A stretch of DNA of 63,732 bases, the filler included, from Octopus bimaculoides (taxonomy: Eukaryota): the NCBI RefSeq assembly GCF_001194135.2. It is 8 parts of 8 records of this genome, joined end to end, with 100 filler letters (N's around TTAATTAATTAA, not from the genome) between each part and the next. Parts side by side here need not be neighbours in the genome. Positions count along the whole stretch, not along the records: positions 61,661 to 63,732 come from NW_026334438.1; 7 more parts are not named here. The stretch is one strand, 5' to 3'. Below are positions 62,651 through 63,732 of the stretch, one piece after another. Under the pieces are notes generated by a model. That model did no database searches, was not told the origin of the DNA, and worked only from the letters and a program-made list of their open reading frames with translations. The first letter of the stretch is position 1. Each line of letters begins with the position of its first letter. The position numbers and the translations under genes are program-made.

Positions 62651-62692
62651 CACCTGAAGAAGGCTGGAGCATACAACAGCAGAAATGTTGTG
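62651..62692 (+). ncRNA. Minimal Penelope-type hammerhead-like motif, decayed
   Basis: CAC-CTGAAGA-ag GCTG gagcatacaa CAGC a-GAAATGTT-GTG. GAAATGTT is one transition from the palindromic GAAACGTT. Confidence 0.45.
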
Positions 62693-62756
62693 AAATCAAC
62701 AATCGAGAGGAGGAAACCAGTTTGGCTAATACAAACAATATACATGATTATGATGA

Positions 62757-62801
<45 letters not shown>

Positions 62802-62816
62802 CATTATTATTATCAA

Positions 62817-63030
62817 GGTCGTGAGCTGGCAGAATTGCTAGCTTGCCAGGTGAAATGCTTAGTGGTATTTTGCCCATCGCTATGTTCTGAGTTCAAATTC
62901 TGCCAAGGTCGACTTTGCTTTTCATCCTTTCAGGGTCGATAAATTAAGTACCAGTTAAGTACTGGGTATTTAACTGACTATCCACCTCCCCCAAATTCCA
63001 GGCCTTGTGCCTATTGTAGAAAGGATTATT
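62817..63030 (+). mobile_element. SINE family B (GAGCTGGCAGAA head; GCCTTTCATCCTTTCGGGGTCGAT central domain)
   Basis: Other copies: 7562-7770, 7795-8000, 23400-23562 (-), 26400-26620, 27146-27280, 31817-31945, 46455-46680, 50025-50145, 50933-51032, 54447-54665 (-). Confidence 0.88.
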
Positions 63031-63732
63031 ATCATCATCATCATCATCTCTCTCTCTCTCTCACAATAAATCAAAATGTAATTAACACCTCAGTTTGATG
63101 ATGATACCTTCCGGTCACCAGCAATTATTTCAACTAAAATACATTATAGAATATATAAGTATTTCAAGTAAAAGACACACACTCTCACTATATATATATG
63201 ATGATGATGATGATGATATATATATATATATATATATATATAACCACATATGTGTCATAGAATTAATTCAGCTAAGATACACACTAAATATTTACCATTT
63301 CATTCTTTTAGGAGGAATGGACAGAAAATTTTCAAAGTTAGAAAATTAGACTGGAAATGATACATAAACACATATACATGTATAAATATGCAAGCATCTG
63401 TGTGTATGCACACACATATGTAAAAATGCATATTTAAATTTGTATATACACAATGTGTATATAAGATATATACGTATGTATGTATATGTGCATATGTGTG
63501 TGTATGTATATAGATGCATGTACATATGTATATACAAATATTCATACACTCTCTGTCACATTAACCTTTCATCATCTGATACAAGATCACCTCGTCTAAT
63601 GCTTCCTCTCCCCACAAAATTTCTTGTCTTGTCAAGTTACTTGGTGGCCCTGCCAGTGCTAATGCCACCTAAAAAGCATCCAATCTACACTGGGAGGTGG
63701 TTGACATTTGGAAGGGCATCCAGCTGTAAAAA

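Overview
AT-rich animal scaffold with many microsatellites and N-gaps. The SINE families and repeat landscape look like a coleoid cephalopod, most likely Octopus (inferred from recalled repeat sequences, not a database search). Genes: (i) a cluster of orphan class A (rhodopsin-like) GPCRs, each with one coding exon: three intact ORFs (13926-15002 +, 22188-23258 -, 33582-34664 -) and a fourth whose N-terminus runs into a gap (39258-39319 -); (ii) the last ten coding exons of VPS33A (41595-52353 +, 409 aa when spliced), with the 5' exons absent from the window; (iii) ENDOV exon 2 (54773-54941 +) and probably the last 6 nt of exon 1 (53589-53594). Mobile DNA: four SINE families, Dong/R4-, RTE-, CR1- and Tx1-type LINE fragments, mariner and Tigger remnants, hAT-, piggyBac- and TA-type MITEs, and a decayed near-complete Helitron (57246 to about 61100, -). 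Main unexpected signal: six hammerhead-ribozyme-like motifs plus a half motif, most with the short palindromic helix III typical of Penelope-like elements. One caps a 133-nt G.U-rich rod in the sense strand of ENDOV intron 1. All RNA structures were paired by eye and need computational and biochemical confirmation.
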